Origin: Chromatiales bacterium | Lineage (GTDB): Bacteria; Pseudomonadota; Gammaproteobacteria; Chromatiales; Chromatiaceae | Assembly: GCA_022360905.1 (NCBI GenBank) | Contig: JAKSBX010000065.1 | Location: 24,148 to 88,147 of the forward strand | Direction: 5' to 3' | DNA length: 64,000 nt | Part shown: positions 39,601-48,400 of the stretch, in pieces | Layout: the number at the start of each line of letters is the position of its first letter | Position numbering within the stretch: the first letter of the stretch is position 1 | The notes under the pieces: generated by a model | What the model was told of the DNA's origin: nothing | Database searches by the model: none | The model's input: the letters and a program-made list of their open reading frames with translations, nothing else | Position numbers and translations under genes: made by a program

Positions 39601-39881
39601 ACAATACGGTTGTTGACGGAGACCGGACAATTACCTTTGTCCTGGGTAATGCGTCCGGTACCGCGACCATCGATAGCAACAGTGGCAGCTTCACGCTGAC
39701 CATCTCCGATGATGATCAGGATGGCGGCAGCGATGGAGATGACAATGGCGGCGGTGGAGGTGGCGGATCCGCTGATTTGTTGCTTCTGCTGGGCTTGATG
39801 ATCCTATTCTTTGGTTATCTGCAGCTGCAGAATGCCCGCCAGGCTCGAGCCTTCGCAAAACGTCGTGTCGAAGAGCAGTAA
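36666..39881 (+). CDS. Calx-beta repeat surface protein (7 repeats) with C-terminal GlyGly-CTERM sorting signal
   Basis: Signal peptide; seven LQFS..Y...E...ITV.R.GG...DY...SGTL.FADG repeats; C-terminus GGGGGGSADLLLLLGLMILFFGYL...KRR. Confidence 0.88.
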   Translation: MQYRNHLLGFLTILGLASSFESHAVVTVYCCDATAEAQFIQDLSNLPSISTDITKESFEGSDWDGTRTTGVQSVTSQGITWAGSSTESSFVRTSTSGGDVHEGSYLMFPVDNRNDHLIPDKYTLTASGTTLYGVGGWFRSSTGAKIGFTTNGSAPVDFTGADATVSDWTFLGFIDDAGFTTVLVEAVDEGGDEVNIFFSDDFTLGAQSGAFPGQKLQFSSATYSVAENAATLQITVERTGGTSGTLSADYASDSESGTASANQDYTPVSGTLNFADGESSQQITIDILDDTVFEDSESFTINLSGLNIGAQNSATVTITDNDAPAVGQVQFSSSNYTFSEGDGSVTITVQRDGGSSGSGSVDYAMSDGTATAGSDYTAASGSLSFIDGQISSSVTLDITDDATAEGTETLLITLSNPVSVSLAARDVAEVSITDNEPVSSSGSLQFSGSNYTAAESDTSIQVPVTRTNGSSGAVSIVCSTSDLTATAGSDYTATQATVNFADGELTSNCVIPILDDSSYETDETLMVTLATPSGGAVLGTPASAVVTLSSDDSIPAMGSLQFSLSEYQLNEDGGTATIAVSRSGGSSGAVGVSYASSDSTATAGEDYTAASGSLSFADGVTSGSFQVSLLDDSEYEGDERVTLTLSNPTGGAVLGQTSQVDLVISEDDLAPATGLLVFSASDIGADEADGLIEVTVERQGGSSGAAQINYATADGTAIAGIDYQVASGTLMFADGELSKTFEVTIIDDGLFEGTETINLILSDAVGASLGETATATISVTDDDEPPAAGSLIFSNSAITAAEDGGDVTVTVSRSGGSTGAVSVDYNTADGTAIASSDYTYTSGSISFADGDAADKTFTVPLLNDSAVESDETILLQMSNFQGGAVAGDQSSGQITITDDDVLNASTVIGFTITSLTVNESSVNASFTIDRSVVLTGTVSVDLSVGTSTAVAGSDFNVTTGTLQFASGETQKTINVEIIDNTVVDGDRTITFVLGNASGTATIDSNSGSFTLTISDDDQDGGSDGDDNGGGGGGGSADLLLLLGLMILFFGYLQLQNARQARAFAKRRVEEQ

Positions 39882-39899
39882 CATAAAAGGGTACATACG

Positions 39900-40700
39900 A
39901 TGGATAAGAGAGCATGGATTAACGATTCGATTGAAAAGTGTTTCAGTGGCTTGCTAAAGGCATCTGTACTTTCGGTTGCCATGTTCGCCACTTCCGGAGT
40001 CAATGCCGCCGAATTGCCAAGCATTGTGAAATCCAACGCTGATAAACCCCTTGGTCCACAGTTCAAACTCGACTGTGTCACCAAGCCGGGCAAGCCTCAG
40101 AGTCTCGGTGATCGTTTTAAAGTAGCCATGAACATGCATGACCATTCCCAGCACAGTGGTCACGATGAACATGCCCATCACCGTGCCATGATGGAGGACA
40201 AGTCGTACAAGGTAAATCATGCCAGCTATCAGATACCGGATGTAAATCTGACCTCTCACAAAGGGGAGCAACAGCAACTGGCGGATATCCTGAACAATGA
40301 CAAGCCGGTGATGCTGAACTTCATCTTCACAACCTGTACCACCATCTGCCCGGTTCTGTCGGCCAGTTTTCACCAGGTACAAGAGATTCTGGGTGATGAG
40401 GTAGATAGCGTTTCCATGGTATCGATCACCATCGATCCGGACTACGACACGCCTGAACAGTTGATGAAATATTCGAAAAGATTCAAGGCAGGCGAACAGT
40501 GGAATTTTTATACCGGCAGCTACAAAGATGTGGTTACCGTAGAAAAAGCCTTCGATATCTTCCGTGGTTCAAAAATGAATCACGAACCGATTACCCTGAT
40601 TAGGGATCAAGGTGGACAGCACTGGACGCGTATCAATGGTCTGGCCAGTGCAGAAGATATTGTTAAGGAGTACAAAAAGATCGTAGCGGCTGCAAATTGA
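39900..40700 (+). CDS. SCO1/SenC family copper chaperone with His/Met-rich N-terminal extension
   Basis: FIFTTCTTICP (CxxxC), MNHEP conserved His, ITIDPDYDTPE, and MNMHDHSQHSGHDEHAHHRAMM. Confidence 0.92.
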   Translation: MDKRAWINDSIEKCFSGLLKASVLSVAMFATSGVNAAELPSIVKSNADKPLGPQFKLDCVTKPGKPQSLGDRFKVAMNMHDHSQHSGHDEHAHHRAMMEDKSYKVNHASYQIPDVNLTSHKGEQQQLADILNNDKPVMLNFIFTTCTTICPVLSASFHQVQEILGDEVDSVSMVSITIDPDYDTPEQLMKYSKRFKAGEQWNFYTGSYKDVVTVEKAFDIFRGSKMNHEPITLIRDQGGQHWTRINGLASAEDIVKEYKKIVAAAN

Positions 40701-42331
40701 TGCAAAAGCTTAACAAAAAGATTACGGCGTTAATGCTATTCGCCGCTCTGGTCATATTCTCTACAGCCTCGCAGAATGAAGTGGAGGTTGATTCCAAGGC
40801 CTACTCAACAGGTAAATCGCTCTACAAACAGGGTATTTTACCGAATGGCGAACTGGTTAAAGCGACCATTCAGGGCGATATCTCTGTGGAAGGTGATCAG
40901 TTAATCTGTGAGACCTGTCACCGCAAGAGCGGCTTGGGTTCCACCGAAGGCCAGCAGGTGGTCCCGGCTGTTGCAGGTAGCGTGCTTTTCAAACCTTTGA
41001 AGCTGCCCACCAGCAAACCGCCCGAGCCGCCGGTATATCGCGAAGCCTATACCCGAGAGACCTTAATGGCAGCGATCAGAGACGGCGTCGATGCCAATGG
41101 GCAACCATTGGATCCTTTCATGCCCAGATATCAGATCGATGATGAGGCGTTGGACGGTTTAATGGCCTATGTCAGTACCCTGTCCAATACCCCGTCTCCG
41201 GGCGTAACCGAAGAGACCATCCATTTCGCAACCATCGTCTTGTCCTCAAACAAAAAGGAGGAGAACAAGGCATTGATCGATGTGATGGAGACTTATGTCG
41301 AACAAAAAAATATAGAAACAAGATATGAGACGAAAAGGGCACAGAACGCACCTTGGCATAAGGAGTGGATGTTCAAGCCCTATCGAAAGTGGCAGATACA
41401 TATTTGGGAACTGACAGGTGCCGAAGAGACCTGGCCGGAACAACTCAGTACCTACTATTCCAATCAACCGGTTTTCGCCCTGGTCAATGGTTTGGTTCCT
41501 ACTGGCTGGAATCGGGTCAGTGAGTTCTGTGAGGGGCATGGCATACCCTGTCTGTTTCCTACAACGCAACAGCCGGTTATCCGTGATGATAATTACTACA
41601 CCATCTATCTGAATAAGGGTGTCACACATGAGGCTGAGGCGGTTGCTTCCTATATCAAGAAAAACCGTCCTGCCGCTCGAGTGGTACAGGTTTATGATGA
41701 TTCTGAAACACTGAGTACTGTCTCATCCAATGCGCTCATAGATGAGCTTAACAAGGGTGGGATCAGCGTAGATACTGTTTCTCTGGGGCAACTTGGAGGA
41801 AAAGAATCGAAAGCTTTTCTGAGCGGCCAAGACGATACGGTTGTATTGTGGCTGGACAAAGTGAAATCAGAGCAACTCTTCAATAGTAGGCAGCTGAATA
41901 GCGCAGAGTTGATCATGCTTTCCAGCCAGTATTATGGAACTGACACCAAGCGGATCCCCCAGGATTTGACGAATTCTGTTCTGTTGATTCACAGTTCTGA
42001 AATGCCTGATAAACTGAGCAGGTTACTGATTCGCTCAACGGGTTGGTTTAGAGCAAAACGCATCTATAATAAAGAGGAGAAAGAGATTCAGGCCAATGCC
42101 TACTTCGCTTTGAAGGTACTTGGTGATGCGGTGAAGCATATACGTGGCTACTTCTATCGTGACTATATGATTGAAAAGATTGAACACATGATTGATGACT
42201 TACCTTATACCTCGATCTTTCCGCGCCTCAGTATGGCGCCAGATCAAAGGTTTGCATCTCGGGGCTTCTATGTGGCTAAAACTGACGGAAAAGGAGGAAT
42301 TGTTAATCTCACCGGTTGGATAACTCCCTGA
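40697..42331 (+). CDS. Monoheme c-type cytochrome fused to a type I periplasmic binding-protein-like domain
   Basis: Signal peptide, CETCH heme motif, distal FMPRY Met, then PVFALVNG...FCEGHGIPCLFP periplasmic-binding-like region. Confidence 0.75.
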   Translation: MMQKLNKKITALMLFAALVIFSTASQNEVEVDSKAYSTGKSLYKQGILPNGELVKATIQGDISVEGDQLICETCHRKSGLGSTEGQQVVPAVAGSVLFKPLKLPTSKPPEPPVYREAYTRETLMAAIRDGVDANGQPLDPFMPRYQIDDEALDGLMAYVSTLSNTPSPGVTEETIHFATIVLSSNKKEENKALIDVMETYVEQKNIETRYETKRAQNAPWHKEWMFKPYRKWQIHIWELTGAEETWPEQLSTYYSNQPVFALVNGLVPTGWNRVSEFCEGHGIPCLFPTTQQPVIRDDNYYTIYLNKGVTHEAEAVASYIKKNRPAARVVQVYDDSETLSTVSSNALIDELNKGGISVDTVSLGQLGGKESKAFLSGQDDTVVLWLDKVKSEQLFNSRQLNSAELIMLSSQYYGTDTKRIPQDLTNSVLLIHSSEMPDKLSRLLIRSTGWFRAKRIYNKEEKEIQANAYFALKVLGDAVKHIRGYFYRDYMIEKIEHMIDDLPYTSIFPRLSMAPDQRFASRGFYVAKTDGKGGIVNLTGWITP

Positions 42332-42370
42332 TACCGCGTTGGGTATGGTTTATATGTTAATGAGAATTGT

Positions 42371-43762
42371 TTGATGGATAACAATATCAACTACAACGCA
42401 ACGCAATACAGGGAAGAGTATCAACTGGCCAAACGTTTTGGCGTGATCAGTTTTATCGCCATTATCCTGATTGCCGTCGCCATACTTTTTCTATTTCGCT
42501 ATGAATCCGCCCGCATCATCCAGGACTCGACAATGCAGAGCAACGAGTCACTGACCATCGCCACAGAGTATACACTGAATGACCATTTTGTGATGCATAT
42601 GAATCTCATGAAGCTGAATGAGAAAAAGCCTGGCGAAATGCCTCTTGAGCCGATGTTGGAGCGTGCAATACAGAGAATGATACGGGATACGAATGTAGAC
42701 CGTGTTAAACTCTATGATAGATCCGGAAAGGTTGCCTACTCTTCCAGGACGGATGCATACGATGATGAAGACGAGGATAATGATGGCTTTATCTCTGCGC
42801 TATCGGGAACTCCCAGAACGGTTTTGAACTACAGGGACAGCTTCAGTATTTTTAATACCAATGACCGTGATGTCAATCTGGTGCAGACTTATGTACCAAT
42901 TCGTGCCAGTGAGCAGTCACCTGTCATGGGTGTGATGGAAATTTACTATGACATCAGTGATTATGTCAGCCATGCTATGCGGGCAATCATCATTGTAATG
43001 TCTGTCACGATGTTATTAATGCTTTTTCTCTATACCTTCCTGCTAATGCATATCAAGCGTTCTGAAAGGATTATTGATGCACAAAACCGGATTACCCGAG
43101 AGAAAAAAGCGATGCTTGAATTTCTCACGGCAAAAATGATCAATGCCCAGGAGGATGAGAAGAAACGTATCGCCTTTGAGTTGCATGAGGATGTGGTTCA
43201 GACGCTTTCCGGTGTCAAGATGCAACTAGAAAAATATATATTACAATTTGACAAACAGGATGACGGAGCTGAGGCAGATCAGCTCACTACTCTCATCATA
43301 CCCACCTTGCAGAATGCTGCGCACAAAATCCGCGCTGTGGCACTGGATTTACGCCCGCCTAGCCTGGATGATTTCGGTCTTAAAGCTGCACTTAATTCGT
43401 TGGTATCTGAGTGTCATACGGTTACTACAGGATTGCAGATCTCAGTAGATGTTTCAGTCAATGAAGAGTTGATATCTCAGGATCAAAAATCAATTCTCTA
43501 CAGAATGTTCAAGGATACACTCAAGGCTATCTGCTTCGATGAAAAAATCGATGGCGAAGTGATTATTTCCCTGAACAATATTGATGATCTGCTACAGCTT
43601 CAAGCCAAGATAGTCAGTAAACAAACAAATCTCAGCTACGCTGGGCAGTTGCCTGGCTATTTTGTTGCCATGCAGGAGAAAACCATACTGTCGGGTGGTG
43701 AGTTTTTTGTCATTGAAATGTCAGCAAATCTGCTGGAAGTCAAAGCTGTCTGGTCCTATTGA
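42371..43762 (+). CDS. Membrane sensor histidine kinase-like protein (HisKA_3) with a degenerate ATPase domain
   Basis: Two TMs flanking a periplasmic domain; ELHEDVVQTL H-box and LRPPSLDDFGL present; N, G1 and G2 boxes unrecognizable. Confidence 0.8.
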   Translation: MMDNNINYNATQYREEYQLAKRFGVISFIAIILIAVAILFLFRYESARIIQDSTMQSNESLTIATEYTLNDHFVMHMNLMKLNEKKPGEMPLEPMLERAIQRMIRDTNVDRVKLYDRSGKVAYSSRTDAYDDEDEDNDGFISALSGTPRTVLNYRDSFSIFNTNDRDVNLVQTYVPIRASEQSPVMGVMEIYYDISDYVSHAMRAIIIVMSVTMLLMLFLYTFLLMHIKRSERIIDAQNRITREKKAMLEFLTAKMINAQEDEKKRIAFELHEDVVQTLSGVKMQLEKYILQFDKQDDGAEADQLTTLIIPTLQNAAHKIRAVALDLRPPSLDDFGLKAALNSLVSECHTVTTGLQISVDVSVNEELISQDQKSILYRMFKDTLKAICFDEKIDGEVIISLNNIDDLLQLQAKIVSKQTNLSYAGQLPGYFVAMQEKTILSGGEFFVIEMSANLLEVKAVWSY

Positions 43763-43807
43763 AGCCTTGAGTATGAACTACTTTGTCGCCGGGTTAATTA
43801 ACAATCG

Positions 43808-44818
43808 TTAAGGTTTTTCAAGGCTCATTACAGCGAGCATACCGTTTCGGTAAATCTGAAAGTTAATTGGCTGACCTGGCTCCAAACGATCTATTTTTTC
43901 TCTTATTTTTTGTAGGCTAAGTTGGCCATCCAGGGGTATCTCTGCAATGGATACAATGATATCGCCACCTAGCAACAGCTGCTGGTTGTTGATTTTTACA
44001 GGAATGGTTCCTTCGCGTAATTGAAGTCGATCGGTTACGGAACCTTCAGCAATCTTTTGTACCAATACCCCATAATCCAGGGGATAGTTGATTGCTTTTG
44101 CGATATCCGCTGTGATCGGCAAGCCATTCAGACCACTCCAGTAGTTGTTTCTCTCCAGCATCAGTTCTCTGGCCGTATTGGAAGTCACGGCAAAGCCGAT
44201 TCCCTGGTGACCTCCGGAAGTCGTCTCTATATAGCTGACGATGCCAATGACTTCGCCATCCAGATTACAGACAGGTCCTCCTGAATTGCCTTTGTTGATG
44301 GCGGCGTCGGTCTGTAAAAAATCACCGAGCAGAAATAACTTTCCCAGCTCATGGCCGGAATGTCTCGCACTGATGTGTCCTGTGGTGAGGGTATGGTGAA
44401 GCCCATAGGGCGATCCGATGACAAAAACCTCATTTCCGACGCTGACTGTATCGGAATCACCAAGCTTGGCGACGACCAGGTTTTCCGGGATCTGTTGTAG
44501 CTTGAGCAGCGCAAGATCGGCAGCAGGCTCCGTACCAATGACTTTGGCAAGCACACGTTGCCCGTCTTTGAATTCGACATGAACCGCATCGCTGGTATGG
44601 ACTACATGTGCCGCTGTCAGAATATCACCATCATCGCTGATAATGACGCCACTGCCCAGGCCTTGCTCCACTTTTTCAGTGACCGGGGAGGTGGAGTAGG
44701 TATGGAGTACAACCACAGAAGGGTCGACTTGTGCAAACTGACGGCTGAAATCCGTTGCCTGACTTATTACAGGCAGCAGCAAGGTAAGGATCAATATCTG
44801 AGTAATCGTACGATTCAA
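43808..44818 (-). CDS. HtrA/DegP-family serine protease with one PDZ domain
   Basis: TAAHVV, DLALL, QTDAAINKGNSGGP catalytic triad; signal peptide. Confidence 0.92.
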   Translation of the reverse strand: MNRTITQILILTLLLPVISQATDFSRQFAQVDPSVVVLHTYSTSPVTEKVEQGLGSGVIISDDGDILTAAHVVHTSDAVHVEFKDGQRVLAKVIGTEPAADLALLKLQQIPENLVVAKLGDSDTVSVGNEVFVIGSPYGLHHTLTTGHISARHSGHELGKLFLLGDFLQTDAAINKGNSGGPVCNLDGEVIGIVSYIETTSGGHQGIGFAVTSNTARELMLERNNYWSGLNGLPITADIAKAINYPLDYGVLVQKIAEGSVTDRLQLREGTIPVKINNQQLLLGGDIIVSIAEIPLDGQLSLQKIREKIDRLEPGQPINFQIYRNGMLAVMSLEKP

Positions 44819-44846
44819 TTCACTAACCCCGAGTCTTTAGAGATCT

Positions 44847-44931
44847 GGGAATCTCTGATTAATCTCGCATACCGGCGAATGCGGAATTTATCTGCTTGAT
44901 TTTCTGGATACCGGTATTCGCCGGTATGACG
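44847..44931. repeat. REP/MITE-like palindromic element, copy 1
   Basis: GGGAATCTCTGATTAATC followed by a perfect 13-bp inverted repeat CATACCGGCGAAT (44868-44880) / ATTCGCCGGTATG (44916-44928); similar to the element at 60817. Confidence 0.7.
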
Positions 44932-45141
44932 CAAAGTGAGTTACTAAAAAGTGTCTTAATTCAGTCACTATAGCATTAAGTATATATGTCCCATATGTTA
45001 CTGCGCTAGGATTGATGTCGATATGACACACGGCTCTCGATAGAGCCCGGGAATGATGTTGATTCGTTTTCCTTATGCTACTAAGCTTAACCAGTAAATC
45101 ACGACTCCAGTATCAATTACGCACTAAGTCGGAGGGTGGAG

Positions 45142-45396
45142 ATGGCAGCCAGCAGATTCTTAATTATTCACTATCTGGATGGTACGAGCGAGACCTTCAC
45201 TTTTCCAAAGCAGGCGAAAGACCAGTACGACCTGATGGGTAAATTGAATGATGCGATGAAGGCAGATCGGTTGGTCATCGAAGCAGACGGCCATCTGAAT
45301 ATCATTCCTTTGAGTGCAATTAAAAGATTGCAGTTTTCACCGGCACCTGAAACCTTACCAGGCGAAGTCATAAAACAGGCTTCATTAAATCCCTGA
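45142..45396 (+). CDS. Small hypothetical protein
   Basis: GGAGG SD before the start; globular-looking 84-aa ORF converging on the RND gene. Confidence 0.6.
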   Translation: MAASRFLIIHYLDGTSETFTFPKQAKDQYDLMGKLNDAMKADRLVIEADGHLNIIPLSAIKRLQFSPAPETLPGEVIKQASLNP

Positions 45397-45407
45397 GTCA
45401 CACCAGT

Positions 45408-48400
45408 CTATCGCTCCACTGTTGGCTCGATCTTGAACATAATCGCATAGAGTGTCGGCACGAACAGTAGGGTTAGCAGGGTGGCAAAACCCAGTCCAGC
45501 CATGATGGTCAGGGACATGTTGACAAAGAAGACATCCTGCAACAATGGAATTAGGCCAAGGATCGTGGTTGCCGCGGCCAACACCACCGGTCGCAGACGA
45601 CTCACGGTTGAATCGAGGATCGCTTCATAGCCGACTTTACCGTTGGCGATCTGCTGATCGATCTCGTCAATCAGAACGATGGCGTTCTTGATCAACAGTC
45701 CGATCAGAGAGAGCGCACCCAGCAGCGACATGAAATCAAAGGCACCGTTGAAACCGAGCAATCCTGCGGTGATGCCGACGATTGCCAAAGGTACGGTAAG
45801 CCAGATGATAAGCGGTTGGCGCAGTTTGCCGAAAAGTAGAATACTGACCAGAATCATTAGCAGAAAACCGAAGGGCAGTGAACTGGCCAGGCCGGCCTGG
45901 GCGTTCTTTGAATCTTCATACTCGCCACCCCAGGTGAAACTGTAGCCGGGGGGCAGTTCCATCGCCTCGATCTGCGGCTTAAGCCGGTTAAACAGCGGGG
46001 TGGCCAGTTCACCGGTTGGATTGCATTGAGCGATGATGGTCTGAATACGGTCTCGGGAGCGGATCAACGGGTTTTCGAAAACTGTCTCGAAACCGTTCAC
46101 CACCTGGGCCGCAGGTACGGATTGATTCAGTACCGGACTCCAGAGCACGATATCCCGTAGGTTGCCGACGTCACTGCGTTCATCTTCGGAGGCGCGCATA
46201 TAGATCGGCAATACTCTTATGCCATCCCGGAACTGCCCCACAGGGGTTCCATCCATCGCATATTGCAGGGCATAGGCGAGACTTTCCCTGGTGATACCCA
46301 ATTGGCGGCCTACCTGCTCGTTGAAAATCGGCCGAATCAGCTTCACCGGTTGGCGCCAATCATCGCGGATATCCTTTGCTTCCGGGTCTGCCCGCATGAT
46401 CTGTTGAGCCTGCTGAGAGAGCTGACGCAGGACGACTGGGTCCGGTCCTTGAAAGCGCGCTTCAATCTTGGCGTCTCGGCCTGGTCCGATGCGTAGGGAT
46501 TTGATGATCGGATCGGTCCAGGGATAGTGCTCCTTCATATGGCGGTCGACTTTTTCCCAGACCTCTGCGATACGCTCCCGGCTGTCGGTCTTGACGATAA
46601 TCTGGCTGTAGACGGAAGAAGTCTCTTTGGGATCGTAGACCAGCGTGAAGCGTTGATGGCCACCACCGATACTGATGCTGGTCTGTTCCACGCCTTCCTG
46701 TTCCAGCAGAAACTGGTTGATCCGCAAAGTGTCTTCACGGGTGGCCCGAATATCCGTTCCCTCGATCTCCCAGATATCGACAAAGAACATGGGTGTGTTG
46801 GATTCCGGAAAGAAGGCCTGCTTGACACTGCCGAAGCCGATCACTGCGAGTACAAACAGACCGATCACGGTGCTGACTGTGATCCAACGCAGGCGTACCG
46901 CCCGATCCACAAGATTGCGAAACAGTTTGAAGACACCACTACCATAGGGATCATCACCCTGTTCTCCAGTCGATGAACCAGGCTTTAGTAACAATGAACA
47001 GAGCAGGGGGGTTGTGCTGATGGCGGTGATCCAGGAGAGTAGCAGGGAGTAGAGAATCACCCAAAACAGGGAGTTGGCAAACTCGCCGGTACTGTCTTGG
47101 GAGAGCCCGATGGCGGAGAAGGCAAGAATACCGATGATGGTGCCCCCAAGCAGTGCCCAGATGGTTTTTCCCACCGTCTCTTGTGCGGCCTGGGCTGCCC
47201 GCATACCACTCTGCATGCGTACCACCATACCCTCGGCCACCACGATGGCGTTATCCACCAGCATGCCCAGGGCTATGACCAGTGCACCAAGCGAGATCCG
47301 TTGCAGTTCTATTCCATCAAGGTGCATTAACAGCAGGGTGCCTGCGACAGTGATCAAAAGCACAGCACCGATAATCAAGCCGACCCTTAGCCCCATGAAT
47401 GCAAGCAAAACGATGATTACGATAGCTACTGCCTGGCCCACGCTGACCAGAAACCCGCTGACTGATTTATCGACCTCCAATGGTTGGTTGTAGATCTCTT
47501 TGATCTCCATACCGATGGGTATATTGGGGATCAACTCCCGTACCCTGCTGTTGAGACGCTCACCAACCGCCACCACGTTTTCGCCTTTTTGCATTGAGAT
47601 GCCGATGGTTAGTGCTGGTTTGCCGTTCAAATAATAGAGTTGGCTGGGTACTTCATCATAGGCGCGGGTGATGGTTGCAATGTCCCTCAGATAGATCAGC
47701 CGTTTATCTTCGGAGGCGACCAGAATATCGCCTATCGAAGTCACGGTATTGAGTTCTCCGCTGGGTACGATTCGCAGGCGTTGCCTTTGCACATTGCCAT
47801 GACCCGCAGTGACCACTGCATTCTGGGACTGAAGCAGTTGGGCGATACTGGAAGGAGAGATACCGAGTTCACCAAGCCGTTCCCGGGACATGTCCACATA
47901 GACCACTTCCTTTTGTTCGCCGCCAATTGAGACTTTTCGGACCCCCGGCACCATGACCAATTCCTGCTTGAGATAGTCTGCAAAATCCCACAGATCCCGC
48001 CAGCTGTATCCCTGGCCTGTGAGTGCCAGGTAGACTCCGAACACATCCCCAAAATCATCGATCACCATCGGATCCTGGGCGCCGGGTGGCAGTTTGTTTT
48101 TCATATCCACGATTTTACGTCGCAGCTCGTCGTAGATATCGGGGAAGTCATCGGCCCGGTATTTATCCTTGAACTCGATGGAGATGTCGGACATCCCCGG
48201 TCTGGAGATCGACATCTTAATCCGTTTCACCTGCTCCAGGCGCTGGATAGCATCCTCGATGTGATAGGTCACTTCATCCTCCACCTCCTGGGCGGATGCA
48301 CCCGGATAGAGAGTGATGACCTTAGCATTTTTGATGGTGAATGCCGGATCTTCCAGCTTGCCCATTTTGTCGAAACTGAGCAGGCCACCACCGACCAGAA

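Noticed and set aside
36666-39720. Repetitive DNA in the Calx-beta gene as a possible CRISPR or tandem array
   Set aside because: The repeats are degenerate, in-frame protein domain repeats of about 115 aa, with no constant nucleotide repeat/spacer structure.
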